Under the pieces are notes generated by a model. It was not told the origin of the DNA and did no database searches. It saw only the letters and a list, made by a program, of their open reading frames with translations. A stretch of 61,165 nucleotides of DNA from Chiloscyllium plagiosum (lineage: Eukaryota): positions 3,267,824 to 3,328,988 of the forward strand of contig NC_057756.1 of assembly GCF_004010195.1 (NCBI RefSeq). The letters run 5' to 3'. This document shows positions 25,701 through 38,374 of the stretch, piece by piece. Positions within the stretch are counted from its first letter, which is position 1. Every line of letters begins with the position of its first letter. Made by a program: the position numbers and the translations under genes.

Positions 25701-27073
25701 TTGCCATGTCTCGACTGTCCAGTCTCCTGCAAATCTTCCCCTTTTCTTGGGGTGTCCTTTACTACTTTCACTGATGCCACTAACTTAGCCTCTTTTACAA
25801 TTGTCCGCCACAGTGCCTTTCTTTAACGACCAAAACTGTGACATAATGTGTTCCACTACAACACAGTAGAAGCACTTGAGGTCTTTCCCCGTTCATTCGC
25901 ACTCGTGGGCTTTTATTTTAAACTATGATAAACTATTGCCAAAGACTGTGATCGCAAATGTACATATTAATCTTCTTTATGCTGCCAGCTGATTCCCTCA
26001 CTTTATGCACTTCGTTCGATCGCATTCCGCTCCAATGCTAATATATGCACGAGGGTCAATCCGTTTTCAATTGTTATACTATTACTTTAATTATTTCGTC
26101 TGTGAACGTGCGCTTTTAGTTTCATTTTCACTGCTGTCTTTTCCTTTATCAATTTCTCACCTTGCATTTGATACTTTTCATCTGCACGAGGTCTGCATCT
26201 CTCTGGCTTGGCAAACTCCCTACCTGTTCGGTCGCTCTCTTTATCTCTTCTCTTTATCTCTTTTTTAAGATCACCGAAGTTTATCTGCAGCATCAGCTCT
26301 CGCTGCTAACTTTCCCAATAGAATTCGAATACACAGAGTGAAGCCACTGATTTCTACAATTTCTAAATTCTCCTTTCCTTTGCCATCTCTCTTTCAACAA
26401 ACTCCAAAGAGTATCTCCATGCGTTACCGTCTCTGTACACTTCCTATTCACATGATGACAATGATTTCGCAGCCACGTACTGGTGGAGAAATCCTCTCCA
26501 GTCAAAGTCTGATGATCTGTCTCTGTTAACGCCAGATTCTTTAACGTGTCTGCTTTGTTTTGCGTTTTTTCTCACTGTGAAACATATACCCACTCCTTCC
26601 AGCACTCACCTAGACCTGCAAAGTTTTGAAAAAATCTGAAATTAGTCAACCAACGTCAGACTATTTTAACATTACATCCTTTCGCCCTACATAGCTCCCA
26701 AATTTTGTTGCATGCCACTGAGAGATATTACTTTCTTTCGCCCATCCTGGTTCACAACTTCTGTTGCCTACCCCTGACAGAAAACAATACATACATCACT
26801 AAAGATACAGCAGAGACACTAAGTGCTCTGTATTTTCGCAATTAATTTATTAATTACACAGAAGCGTTTAACTGCGAGAAGTATGTCAATCATTGCCTTC
26901 CACTGCACCACTTCCACAGCTGGACCCAATAGTTATTCCCAAAGCGAATTGGCAGTGGCCAGGCTGAAACACCTTTTACCTTGGTGACTAAACCTATTGA
27001 TATAGAATGCTTTCTGCAGGATTATTCTGAGAAGGTCTGCAAAACAAAGGAATTCTCTCAGGCTGGTTTTAAA

Positions 27074-27272
27074 CACAGCAGTTCAGGCAGCATCCGAGAA
27101 GCAGTAAAATCGAGGTTACGGATGAAAGCCCTTCATCAGGAATATTCCTGATGAAGGGCTTTTGCCCGAAACTTCGATGGTACAGGTCCTCGGATGCAGC
27201 CTGAACTGCTGTGCTTTTCCAGCACCACTAATCCAGAATCTGGTTTCCACCATCTGCAGTCATTGTTTTGAC
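27074..27272. mobile_element. PLE terminal fragment as an imperfect palindrome with divergent hammerhead motifs (type B)
   Basis: Arms 27074-27143 / 27144-27213 centred on GGAAT|ATTCC; plus strand CTGATGA-a-GGGC-tttt-GCCC-GAAAC-TTC at 27148-27175. Confidence 0.75.
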
Positions 27273-27419
27273 TTCATTATAAACACGCGTGGGGGTCACG
27301 TGTTTGTTTTATTTAAAATTACCCTTGAACGTGAACCATTCCTAATATGTTGTCAAACTGCATGCTGTATTTAGTATCTGCAATATTTACAGATTTCCTA
27401 TAATGTCAACAATTCACAG

Positions 27420-28000
27420 AACTTGGGAGGTTATGTTCCGGCTGTACAGGGCATTGGTTCGGCCACTGTTGGAATATTACGTGTAATTATGGTCTCCTTC
27501 CTATCGCAAAGATGTTGTCAAACTTGAAAGGGTTCAGAAAAAAAGGATGTTGCCAGGGTTGGATGATTGAGTTATAGGGAGAAACTGAACAGGCTGTAGT
27601 GTCGGAGGCTGAGAGGTGACCTTATAGAGGTTTACAAAACTGTGAGGGACATGGATACAATAAATCGACAAAGTCTTTTCCCAGGGGTAGGGGAGTCCAG
27701 AACTAGAGGGCATAGGTTTAGGCTGAGAGGGGAAAGATATAAAAGAGACCTAAGGGGAAACATTTTCACAAAGAGGGTGTTGCATGTATTGAATGAGCTG
27801 CCAAAATTAATGGTAGACACTGGTACAATTGCAACATTTAAAAGCTATTCGGATGGGTATATGAATAGGCAGGGTTTGGATGGATATGTGCTGTGTGCTG
27901 GCAGGGGGGACTAGATTGGGTTGGGATATCTGGTTGGTATGGACAGGTAGGAGCAAAGGGATTGTTTTCATGTTGGACATCTCGATGACTCTGACTCTAT
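27420..28000 (+). mobile_element. CR1 LINE 3' end
   Basis: ORF 27642-27914 LFPGVGESRTRGHRFRLRGERYKRDLRGNIFTKRV...NELP; gactctgactctata tail. Confidence 0.9.
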
Positions 28001-28823
28001 AACTGACTGACTCATCAAAATTCACTCATTTAGCACTCATTGTAAAGACGTTTATCGATATTTGTTGTCTTCAATCATATACAACAATCTCCAGGATTAC
28101 ATAAAATAAACCACAGACTGTTGTACGAAATAAGGGAGGAAATAATCCGAAACCGGCAACAATTTCCAGTCTCTATCTGGGCTCATGAGATGTGCTGGAG
28201 GACTGAGGGAGAGCCAAAGTCATAACATTATTTTACAACAAAACAAGGATTATATCGACAATTAGCTCGAGGTTGGTCAAACAATGCTAAATGTTGGGAA
28301 ATTATTGAATGTAATTCAGAAGAATCTCATTAATCAGCGTTTGGTGAGAAGGGGATTGAATAGGAAAATCACCATAGATTTCTGATTTGGAGACCATCCC
28401 TGATAAATTCAAGCATTCATTAAATATTTGTGCAGATGACCAGGTATTCAGCTGACAGTAATATCTTTGGCAAAATCGGCTTCGACTTAGCCTACACTCT
28501 GATAATATTCCAAAAGGAGACTGAAGGTCAAGTTGATGACGTGAATTGGAGGCCTGAGAACAGGGATGCAACACATTAAGTGGTGCTGTGTCCCCTGCTT
28601 TTCCGAGCTCCTATAAAATATTTGGATCTGGATATAGAACGTATGCTTAGTGAATTTGAAGTTGACACCCACATTTGCGTTCCCATGGATGGCGATGAAG
28701 ATTATCCCAGACTACAACAGGTACTTCATAGGGGTATCAAATTATCTATGAAGAGGTCGTTACAGTTTCAGTTAGATAAATATGAGGTGTTGTGGTTCTG
28801 TCGCCGAGCTGGGAATTTGTGTT

Positions 28824-28863
28824 GCAGACGTTTCGTCCCCTGTCTAGGTGACATCCTCAGTGC
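28824..28863 (-). ncRNA. Minimal type-I hammerhead ribozyme motif (type C)
   Basis: GCA-CTGAGGA-t-GTCaCCT-agac-AGGgGAC-GAAAC-GTC-TGC: helix I GCA/TGC, helix II, intact core. Confidence 0.8.
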
Positions 28864-29570
28864 TGGAGAGCCTCCTGTGAAGCGCTTCTGTATTGTTTCC
28901 TTCGGTATTTATAGTGGTTTGTCTCTGCCACTTCCGGTTGTCAGTTCCAGCTGTCCGCTGCAGTGGCCGGTATATTAGGTCCAGGTCGATGTGTTTGTTG
29001 ATAGATTCTCTGGATGAATGCCTTGCCTCTGTGAATTCCCTGGCTGTTCTCTGTTTGGCTTGTCCTATAATAGTAGTGTTGTCCCCGACGAACTCATGTT
29101 GCTTGTCATCCGTGTTTGTGGCTACTAAGGATAGCTGGTCGTGTCGTTTCGTGGCTAGTTGGTGTTCATGCATACGGATCGATAGCTGTCTTCCTGTTTG
29201 TCCTATGTAGTGTTTTGTGCAGTCCTCGGATAAGATTTTGTACACTACGTTGGTTTTGCTCATGCTGGGTATCGGGTCCTTTGTCCATGACACGACCTGC
29301 TATCCTGAATAGCCACAAATGTGGATGACAAGCAACATGACTTCGACCGGGACAACACTACTATTATAGGGCAAGCCAAACAGAGAACAACCAGGGAATT
29401 CCTAGAGGCATGGCACGCATCCACAAATTCTGTCAACAAACACATCGACTTGGACGCAATATACCGGTCACTGCAGCGGACAGCTGGAACTGACAACCAG
29501 AAGCGGCAGAGACAAACCAGTATAAATGCCGGAGGAAACAACACAGGAGCGCTAGACAGGAGGATCCTAA

Positions 29571-29610
29571 GCACTGAGGATGTCACCGAGACAGGGGATG
29601 AAACGTCTGC
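29571..29610 (+). ncRNA. Minimal type-I hammerhead ribozyme motif (type C, second copy)
   Basis: GCA-CTGAGGA-tgtcaccgagacaggggat-GAAAC-GTC-TGC. Confidence 0.75.
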
Positions 29611-32600
29611 AACACAAATTCCCAGATCAGCGAACAGAACCACAACAACGAGCTCCCGAGCTACAAATCTCACAAACTTTGAATAAATATGAGGTGTTGC
29701 ACTTCATTAAGACAGGAATTATACAATTAATCGTTGGGCTCTTGGAAATAATGCGGAACAAAAAGAACTGGGGTGCAGTGAATGCTTCCTTTAAATTGAC
29801 GTTTCAGCGAGACAAGATGGTGAAAAGAGAATTGGCATGTTGTCTTTCAGGAATCAGCTCATTAATTACTGGGGTTTGGACAACTAGTTTTGCCAGTACA
29901 ACACATCAGTGATGTCACTTTAAGATTACTGCGATCAAAGACGTTTGTTTGAAATAAAGACTCGGAAGGGTTCACTAAAATAATGTACAAGCATGTTGCT
30001 AGTAATCTAAAGTGAAAGCTATAAGTAGAGGCTAAGTAGGCTGTGGCATTTTATTACTTTTCTTATAACTTCGGAGTTTTGAGGGGTGATGACGTGGAAG
30101 TTCAAATAATTATGAAGGTCATGGATAGGGTAAATAGACAAGGTATTATTCCCTGTATAACAGGGGTCAAACAAGAGTACATAGATTCAGGTGAGGGGGA
30201 AAAGCTTTGAAAGAGAACTGATGGGCAGTCTTTTCAAGAAGAGAGTGGAGCATGTATAGAACCGTCCGCCAGTGAAGAAGATGGAGGCAGGTGCAATGCA
30301 ACATCTAAAAGGAATCTGAATGGGACGTGTACAGAGAGATACAGTCTAAAAAAGTGACAAATCAGTTTAGATCAGTTTATGATCGGCATGGACAAATTGG
30401 ATGAAAGGATCCATCTCCATGCTGTATAACGCTAAGTATAACTGGCTGATGAACGACAACTTTGAGTGTGACTGGAAGCATGTGACCAGTAATGTTTTGC
30501 AGCGATTCATGCGGCTATCATTCCTTTTGTGTGATTATTAATGACTGAGACATGCATGTAGGAGGAATGATGACTATGTCTCAGCTGGCATACGCATAAA
30601 CGAAATTAGAATGCTAAGTATGAAAGAGGGTGGATTCAAAGAATAAGGGGACATGATTTGATTGATAAGATGGGCCACAAATTGGAAAATTGTTTCAAGC
30701 AGATACGCATGAAGAGCTGCTCTTCAGTAGGGAAAACAAGGGAAATGAATTCATGGAACAGGGAAGCACCAACGATTAGGTGAATATAAAGACGTTGTTA
30801 AGCAAAATGGTACAGGTAACTAAAATAGTATGAAGATGACTGCAATTCAGTTTCGGTACAGCGATTATGAGCAGGACGTTTCTGCTGAAATTGTATGAAA
30901 TATTTCAGAAGGTATTGCTGGTGTTTCATGTGCAATTCTTCAGTCCATACTTTTGGACATTTAAGCAAGGCAAATAGAAATCCAAGCAATGGAGAAGGTG
31001 CACATGAATTTTAACAGATTTTTGGCTGAATCATTTAGTTCTTTATAGCCATATTATACATAGTGATTTTGTTCATTATAGGCGAGGAAGGTTGGGAGCA
31101 GCATGGTTGGGATGCATGCAATTTCGAATGGTAGAGTTAGCGAAGACGGAGCCAAGTTGCGCCGTTGTTAAGGAAGAAATATTTATTGCACAACAGTTAG
31201 TGAAAGTGAAAACATGCTTAGATGAGACACGACTTGAATTTTTCATACAGTGACAGTGTAAATCTGGATGCAATTGGCGTGTCAGTGGTCAAAATTGCAT
31301 TTAATTAACGTGCACTGGTGCTGCAGGGACAACATATTTCCGTGGCCAAAGTGCTGGAAAGGGAATATAGAATATTTACGTGATTGTTTTCTTGGGGAAA
31401 AGTGTATGCACCAGAATGCTTTCCCCCCTCTCTGATCATGTTCACGTTCAAGCCACCAGAAGGTAATCATCCAGATATCTTACAGCAACCGTCAATTAAA
31501 TTCAATAAATTTCGGAATTTTTGGAATTTGTTTTAAATGAAAAGCAGAACAAAAGTTGCATGAATTTCGGGAACATTTGTTTTTAATTACTGTGATCCAA
31601 ATAACTCAATTTCAGATAATAGTAATGCAACTGAAATAAAGAAAAGATGTATATTTTATAAATAAATTTAACTGAAGCTGACTGAATACGATGACATGAC
31701 TTAGAGATTTTGTCAGTTAACCTCTATATTGTGTTGCACCTAAATGGAAATATATGCTTATATTCGTTTTTACACGGAGGTTACACAACAAGAAAGTTAA
31801 TTTAACATTTAACGCATGTTATGCATTTGTAAAGACTAATTATATAATACATGAAATTAATGGCATTTCCTCATCCATGAAATTCCAATACATTTCACTG
31901 ACTTAATTCTTTTTCTCCATTTACAAGAAATTAAAATATTGAGAGCGATAAACGACAGAAGTGGTGAGTGATGTAAAGTATTTTTTGTGTTTTCATGTGA
32001 AAGCGCTGATTTACTTGCAAGTATGTCTACGTGAGTCACCTTCATGTACAAATAAAACGAGTTGCAAAACAAATAAGCAGCATCAAAGGAAAGCTTTCAA
32101 CGTCGTTTGAGAAATAAGTGAAAAAAAAAACAAGAAGGACATCTCCAGAGAGTTTTACTAATGCTTTTGACTCATCATGGAATTTAATCATATGGAGTTC
32201 ATCCTTTGCTGGTCTTCTGCATTACGGATGTGAAAAAGTAAAACATATGACACTAGAAAATTAATGACTAGCAGCAATTATCTTAGATGATCACTAAGTT
32301 TTAAGATGTGAAGAGCTGACTACTGATAATCAATTTTTATTTACAAAACATGAAATAATTAATACAGCAACAGCTTGAAAAATATTCAAATAATTAATTT
32401 TAAAATAGAAAATTGAATCTTCGTTCAAATATGAGTGAGGTAGTCAGCATTCATATTGTAAATCAGGTTTATTTTCAGATCAAAGAATTTTATTGTATTT
32501 CATCTGCAGAACAAAGTATTTAGCAAATGCAATTTTAAAAAGTTATGGGGCATTTAACAATGACTTCACATAACACATCACATGAGGGTATCAAAGTTAG

Positions 32601-33924
32601 AAATGTTGATTTGTTTTGAATTTGTCATAAATGATAAAGAAAAGATTGCATGGGAGACATCATGTTGATATTTTTTAAATTCCTGATCTGGTGATCATTT
32701 TTGACACCTAAGTATTATTAATACTCTACCTATTATTGTTGTTACTATTGTTAATACAGTCATTATGAATAACTATACGTTCGGATCCGATTATGGAAAG
32801 TTTTGCAAAGGAGTCTAGTTCACAATAAACAACAGAAACAGTCCAGCACAGTGGAGTCAATAAAGAATTAAATTGCAAGTGAGACAATTGGAGTCAGAAG
32901 ATACATAACGGGAAAGGAAACTGAATCCTTTTGAATTACAGTTAAAAGCAGAGATAAATGAAAAGGAAAGGGAAAAAGGGAGAGAAGAAAGTGGAAGAGA
33001 CAGAAGGAAGGGATAAACAGACAAGGATTGAACTTCAGAAGTTGACACTTATACCAGAATGTTGGCATAAAAGAACAGAAGTGCAGGGTAAAGGTATCAT
33101 TAATTGGGAGTGTAGTGATGATGAGTAAAACCATCAAAGCCGAAGGCATGTTAGGGATATATGCAAACATGTCAAGAAGTAACCAAAATTTAAACAAAAT
33201 GTTGCAGAATCATTTTTCAGTTCCGTTGAGAAATTGGTGAACAGATAAACTGGCCAAAGACAGTGTGGTTAATGTTAATTTCGATCAAGAGTTTAGACCT
33301 GGCTAATGAGGTGTCAGATGAGGTGCTGACAGAATGTGAAAATTAAAACAGGTTATTTTGACTGCCTATGAATTTGTTCCAGAAGCGTGTTAAGAATAGT
33401 TCAGACATGTAAGAATGGAATCAGGTCAGACATATGTCGAGTTTCAAAGAATTAATGAGAGCAATGCGGAAAGGTCGGTGGAAACATGAAAGATAGAAAA
33501 GACATACCAGTCTCTTAGGGATGCTGTTCTTCCGAAGGAGTTCATATACTTACTTCCTCAAACTGTTCCTCAATATGAGTGACAGTAACTCATATTGAGG
33601 AACAGAAAGTTAAGTCAGCAAAAAAAAAATTGCATAGGGGGCGCATGAAAATTCATTAGTGCAGAAATCGAAATCAAGTTTACAAAAAAAAATAAAAAGG
33701 CACATAATGGGAAACAGGGAGAACCTTCGCTGACAAACAATACATAGATTACACTGGGAACAGTTTGCAAAATTTGAAAAGAAGAAACCTAAGAGGGTCG
33801 AAAATGGTTGAAAGACCTCAGATAGTTGCACTGCAGCAAGGTCTCAATAAGTCACTCTGCTAGTCTTTTTAAAAAAAGGCAGGTATAAATGAAAATGATG
33901 TGGATAAAACGACCAAACTATTGG

Positions 33925-34240
33925 TTAGATTACGCGTTAGATTAGATTAAATTACTTACAGTGTGGAAACAAGCCCTTCAGCACAAGTCCACACCGACTT
34001 GGTGAAGTGCAACCCACCCAGACCCATTCCCCTACATTTACCTCTTCACCTAACACTACGGGCAATTTAGCATGGCCAATTCACCTAACCTGCAAATTTT
34101 TGGATTGTGGGAAGGAACCGGAACACCCGGAGGAAACCCAAGCAGCCATGGAGAGAATGTGCAAACTCCAAACAGAGAGTTGCCTGAGGCTACGGCATTG
34201 TGAGGCAGCAGTGCTAACCACTGTGCCACCGTGCCGCCCA
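33925..34240 (-). mobile_element. HE1-like SINE with the B-box region deleted
   Basis: Reverse-complement homolog of 22424-22745; gcctcacaatgcc joins gtagcctcagg, skipping GGTTCAATTCC. Confidence 0.88.
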
Positions 34241-34334
34241 TGGGAGTAGTAAAGGCAGTGAAGTAAACCCCGTGAGTGGTCAAGGAGATAAAGGAGAGTG
34301 CAGAACCTTTTCAAGTGTTGGATATGATTCTGAG

Positions 34335-34445
34335 ATGCTGGTGTTGACTGGGGTGTACAAAGTAGAGAATCACACAACACCAGGTCAAAGTCCAACAGGT
34401 TTAATTGGAAGCACTAGCTTTATGAGCACTGTTCCTTCATCAGCT
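34335..34445 (-). mobile_element. PLE terminal fragment with degenerate hammerhead motif (type D)
   Basis: Minus strand CTGATGA-aggaacagtgctca-TAAAGCTA-gtg (GAAA mutated). Confidence 0.55.
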
Positions 34446-34659
34446 GTATAGAAAGACAGCATCAGTCCTTTTTAAAGACTTCAGCAGTGTTCTGAAGATA
34501 TTCTTATGTAGAACAGAGATAGTAGGTAAATAATTTACAATATTGAGTTACTAATAATAAGAGATGAAAGCATTTGCACTCCATCGAAAACATTTATGGA
34601 GAGGTAGTGATCTGTGGAATGATGAGAAGAGGAGTAATGTCTCCCCGTGACAGATAAGG

Positions 34660-35110
34660 TTTAGAACGTAGAACATTGCAGTGCAATACATGCGCTTCGA
34701 CCCTCGATGTTGACACGTAATTTCGATTCAATCTGAAGCATATTCCATTTCCATTCATATGCTTACCTAATGAACAAGTAAGTGTCCTTAAAGTTAGCAA
34801 CACTAAATTTGTTACAGGCATTGTGTTTCACGCCCCTACTATGATCTGAGTAAAGAAACTACTTCTGACCTCTATCCTACATTAATTTAAAGCTATGTCT
34901 CCTCGTGCTAGCCGTCTCGATTCGAAGAAAAAGCTTTTCATTGTCCAGTTTATCCAACCCACTGATGATATTATATGTCTCATTTAAGACAGCACTCAAC
35001 CTTCACTCTAAGGAAAACAGCCTCAGGTCCCTCAGCTTTTTCTCATAAGACCTTCCTTCTATACCTGTTAACATCCTAGTAAATCCTCACTGAACACTTA
35101 ATTCCTTTAA
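34660..35110 (-). mobile_element. CR1 3' end fragment
   Basis: tagaacgtagaacattgcag tail followed by decayed CR1 3' sequence. Confidence 0.65.
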
Positions 35111-35284
35111 TGCGTTGTATACCATGTGTGGAAAGAATACTCGATTCTCTAAGAATGCAGGTTCAGAATTTTTTACATAAACTACAGCAATTAGTGCGAC
35201 TATAGTGAAGAAGAGAAGGATATGGCAGATGAATGTGAGGCTAAAAAGGTAGTGTGGGGGTATCGATTTAGGCTTACAAACAAA

Positions 35285-36425
35285 ATATAGAATATAGAAC
35301 ATTACAGAAAAGTAAGGCCCTTCGGTCCTCAACTTTGCACCGCCCTGTGACACCAACCTGAAACCCATCTAGCCTTCACTATTCTGTTATTTACCATATG
35401 TCAATCCAATGTCCATTTTAATGAACATAAAGTTGACGAATCTACAACTGTTGCAGGCAGCGCGTTCCACCCGCTACTACACTCTGTAAAAATAAACTAT
35501 CACTGACATCTGTCCTGTATCGATCACTCGTGCTCGTCATCTCCACCCACGGAAAAAAGACTATCATCGTCCACCCGATCTAACCCACTGATTGTATTAT
35601 TTGTCTCAATTAAGTCACCTCTCAAATTTGTTCTCTCGAAAGCAGCAGCAAAAACCTCAAACTTTCCTCGAAAGACTTTCCCTCCATATCAGACAACATT
35701 CCAGTAAAGCTCATGTGAACCCTTTCCAAAGCTTCCACATTCTTCCATTAATGGACTGACCAGAACTGCACGCAATTCTCGACGTGCAGCCGCACCAGGC
35801 TTTTGTATCGCAGCAGCATGATCTTATGGTTCCAAAACTCGATCCGTCTACTAATAAAAACTAACACACCACGTGCCTTCTTTACATACCTATTAAATTG
35901 CGTGACAACTTTGAGGGTACATGGGCATCGAGATCTCTCTTATCATCTACACGACTAAGACCATGCATTTCGCCCAATTATCTGCATGCCCGTTACTCTT
36001 TCCAAAATGTATTATCTCACACTTTTGTGCATGACGTCTCACTTGCCAACTCTCAGCCCAGAATTTCAGCTTACCTTTGTCCCTCTGTAAACTACAATTT
36101 TTTTTTGAACTCTCCACAAAAGTACCGATCTTAGTGCCATCTGCAAATTTACCAACACACTCTTCTACGCTCTCTTCGTGGTCGTTTACAAAACTGACAA
36201 ACAGTCATGGACATAAGACAGATCCTCGAAGAACACCGCTTGTCACTGAACTCCAGGGTGGAGATTTCTCATCAACCACCACCCTGTGTCTTTTTTCTGC
36301 AAGCAAATTTCTCATCAAAATCGCTAAATCGTCCTCAATCCGATGTTTTTGTATTTTGTGCATGACCCTAACATAGGGAAAATGATCAAACGACTTATTG
36401 ATGTACATACGCACTACATCAAAGG
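35285..36425 (-). mobile_element. CR1 RT/3' fragment
   Basis: ORF 36205-36414 RVVVDEKSPPWSSVTSGVLRGSVLCP; atatagaatatagaac tail. Confidence 0.8.
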
Positions 36426-36449
36426 TTTTTTTTTTACTTTTTTAAGTTA

Positions 36450-37960
36450 TTGAGAGTTTGGGGGGTCGGGCACAGTTGACTTGTTTGTGAGGGATGGGTA
36501 GCACCTGAAATGAAGGGTGATAAATTTCTTAGCAGTTAGGTTCGCTAGTGTTGCAAGGGATGTCGAAAACTTGATTGGGAGTGGCATTGCGATCCTGAAA
36601 AACAGAGAGTCAACTCTGAGGCCCGATGGACAGATGGTTATCAGAAATAGGAGTTTCAAAAGATAAGTCGAACTGGAACACGACAAGGAGCAAGGAATGC
36701 CTGATGGATTAAATTCCATTTGTTTCATTGCATCAGTGCTTACATGTCAGGCCAATGAAGTTGGAGCGTAGATAGCTACGTGGGACTGGGGTTTTATAGC
36801 CATGACAAAAAGATGGATAACGGAAGGACGTGACTGACATCTTAATGTCCCAAGATCGCGATGCCTTGGTTGGGACAGAGGTGGTCGAAATAGGGGGTGG
36901 GTGTGAATGTTTTGAATAAAGCGTGTATCACAGCAGTTGTGAGAGAAAAAATGCTTGAAGAATAAGCTTTTGTGTGTTGAGCTAAGAAATAAGAAGGGAA
37001 CGTTGAACGTATGGGGATTGTAAAATAGGGACTTAAATAGTCAAAGTGACTTAGTGGAACTACTACGCAGGGAGATTGTGAAAACTTGCAGAAGCAATGG
37101 CAGTTGTCTTAGTAAGTGACCTTAATTTTCCGAATGCATGCTGTACCTTCCAGAGTGTTAAGGGGTTACATGGGAGGGGAATTTGTTAAGTTCGTCGAGG
37201 AAAGTTTCCTAAATAAGATTATAGGCGTTCTTAATCGGGAAGGGGAGAAACTCGACCTACTGTTTTGAAAGAGGACAGGACTCTTGACAGAGGAAAGAGT
37301 GGGATAGCAATGACGATAGTTCTATTAATCTAACAACAATTATGGAGAGGGATAAAACAGGTTCATAGATACACGTTCAAAATTGAGGCACAACAATCTC
37401 TTATGGACTTATACAGGAGCCAGCAGGTGTTGATTGGAGTAGTTTTCGTGCAGACAAGCGGGCCTCTAGAATGTCGGAGGCCTTTAAAAGTGAGGTAGCT
37501 AGAATTCAATGTCTAGATGTTCCTGTGAGGGTGAAGGGCAAGGTGTGAAGGATAGGTACCCATTGGGTGACAAGAGATATTGTGGATTTAACCAGAAATA
37601 AGAAGACAGCTTGGTTTAGCTGCAGGGATAGCTGGAGGTATAGAGGGAAGACAAGAGTTAACTGAAGAAGAAAATCAGGAGGATGAAAAGGTAGCAGGAG
37701 ATAGCCTTGGCAGAGAAGGTTATGGTGAATGCAAAGAGATCATCTGAGTATATTAACGGGAAAAAAATGCTACAGACATTATATGGCCCCTGAATTTCCA
37801 AAGTGCCCATGTTTGAGTACAACTCCAGGAGATGCACAAGTTTGCCTATGCTTATTGCCACCCTATGTTTACAAGGAGAAAAACATGAAGAAATGTGAAC
37901 TTGGGGAAGTTCGTTCTGATATCATGGAGACTGTTCATATCATAACTGGGGAGTATCTGC
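36450..37960 (+). mobile_element. Decayed CR1 (end of ORF1 + endonuclease region of ORF2)
   Basis: ANEVGA*IATWDWGFIAMT (ADELRAWI.TW..D..A.TETW), VELRNKKG, SDLNFP motifs. Confidence 0.7.
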
Positions 37961-37961
37961 A

Positions 37962-38372
37962 AAAGGAGAAAGTAAGGTCTGCAGATGCTTGAGATCAGAG
38001 CTGAAAATGTGTTGCTGGAAACGTGCAGTAGGTCAGGCAGCATCCAGGGAACAAGAGAATCGACGTTTCGGGCATACGCCCTTCTTCAGGAATGAGGAAA
38101 GTTTGTTCAGCAGGCTAAGATAAAAGGTAGAGAGGAGGGACTTGGGGGAAGGGCGTCGGAAATGCGATAAGTGGAAAGAGGTCAAGGTGAGGGTGATAGG
38201 TCAGACTGGGGTGGGGGCGGAGATGTCAGGAAGAAGATTGCAGGTTAGGAAGGCGGTGCTGAGTTCGATGGATTTGACTGAGACAAGGTTGGGGGAGGGG
38301 AAATGAGGAAACTGGTAAAATCCGAGTTCATCCCTTGGTGTTGGAGGGTTCCTAGGCGGAAGATGATGTCTT
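37962..38372 (-). mobile_element. PLE pseudo-LTR/3' region with hammerhead motif (type A, 38062-38089)
   Basis: Closely matches 60316-60657; minus CTGAAGA-a-GGGC-gtat-GCCC-GAAACGTC. Confidence 0.8.
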
Positions 38373-38374
38373 TC

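Larger units (their letters stand above)
14878..26520 (-). mobile_element. Decayed Gypsy (Gmr1-like) LTR retrotransposon, split by CR1 insertions and the palindrome
   Basis: Probable 3' LTR ~14878-15515; RNase H 16148-16345 (FKVANSASDIGA...KKLSNDQRKYSTIEK); RT YLDN at ~16750, GYWQVP at ~20095, SKSEWTSLI at ~20290; integrase C-terminus YLVKVPDR at ~20690 resumes at ~23995 (RFSDAYQIE), core FGHEMKGP / YGLPRDI*SDQ at 24270-24570; gag-like remnants to ~26520 (may include a second element). Confidence 0.75.
28793..29682. mobile_element. Penelope-like element 3' region (GIY-YIG endonuclease + terminal repeat) in inverted arrangement with 17-bp TSD
   Basis: ORF 28844-29293(-) NVVYKILSEDCTKHYIGQTGRQLSIRMHEH...REFTEARHS is GIY-YIG; ORF 29321-29686(+) is an inverted copy; TSD ATAAATATGAGGTGTTG at 28776-28792 / 29683-29699. 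Confidence 0.9.
28100..31400 (+). mobile_element. Decayed CR1 RT/3' fragments (at least two), the first interrupted by Penelope
   Basis: VLCPLLF...LQFQLDKYEVL then YEVLHF across the insertion; 3' UTR at ~30380-30430; further RT remnants at 30450-31400. Confidence 0.65.
32820..35280 (+). mobile_element. Decayed Gypsy gag-protease fragment with nested insertions
   Basis: AYEFVPEAC*E*FRHVRMESGQTYVEFQR at ~33364-33450 (gag; homologous to ~43215-43300); interrupted by SINE, PLE and CR1 pieces. Confidence 0.7.
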
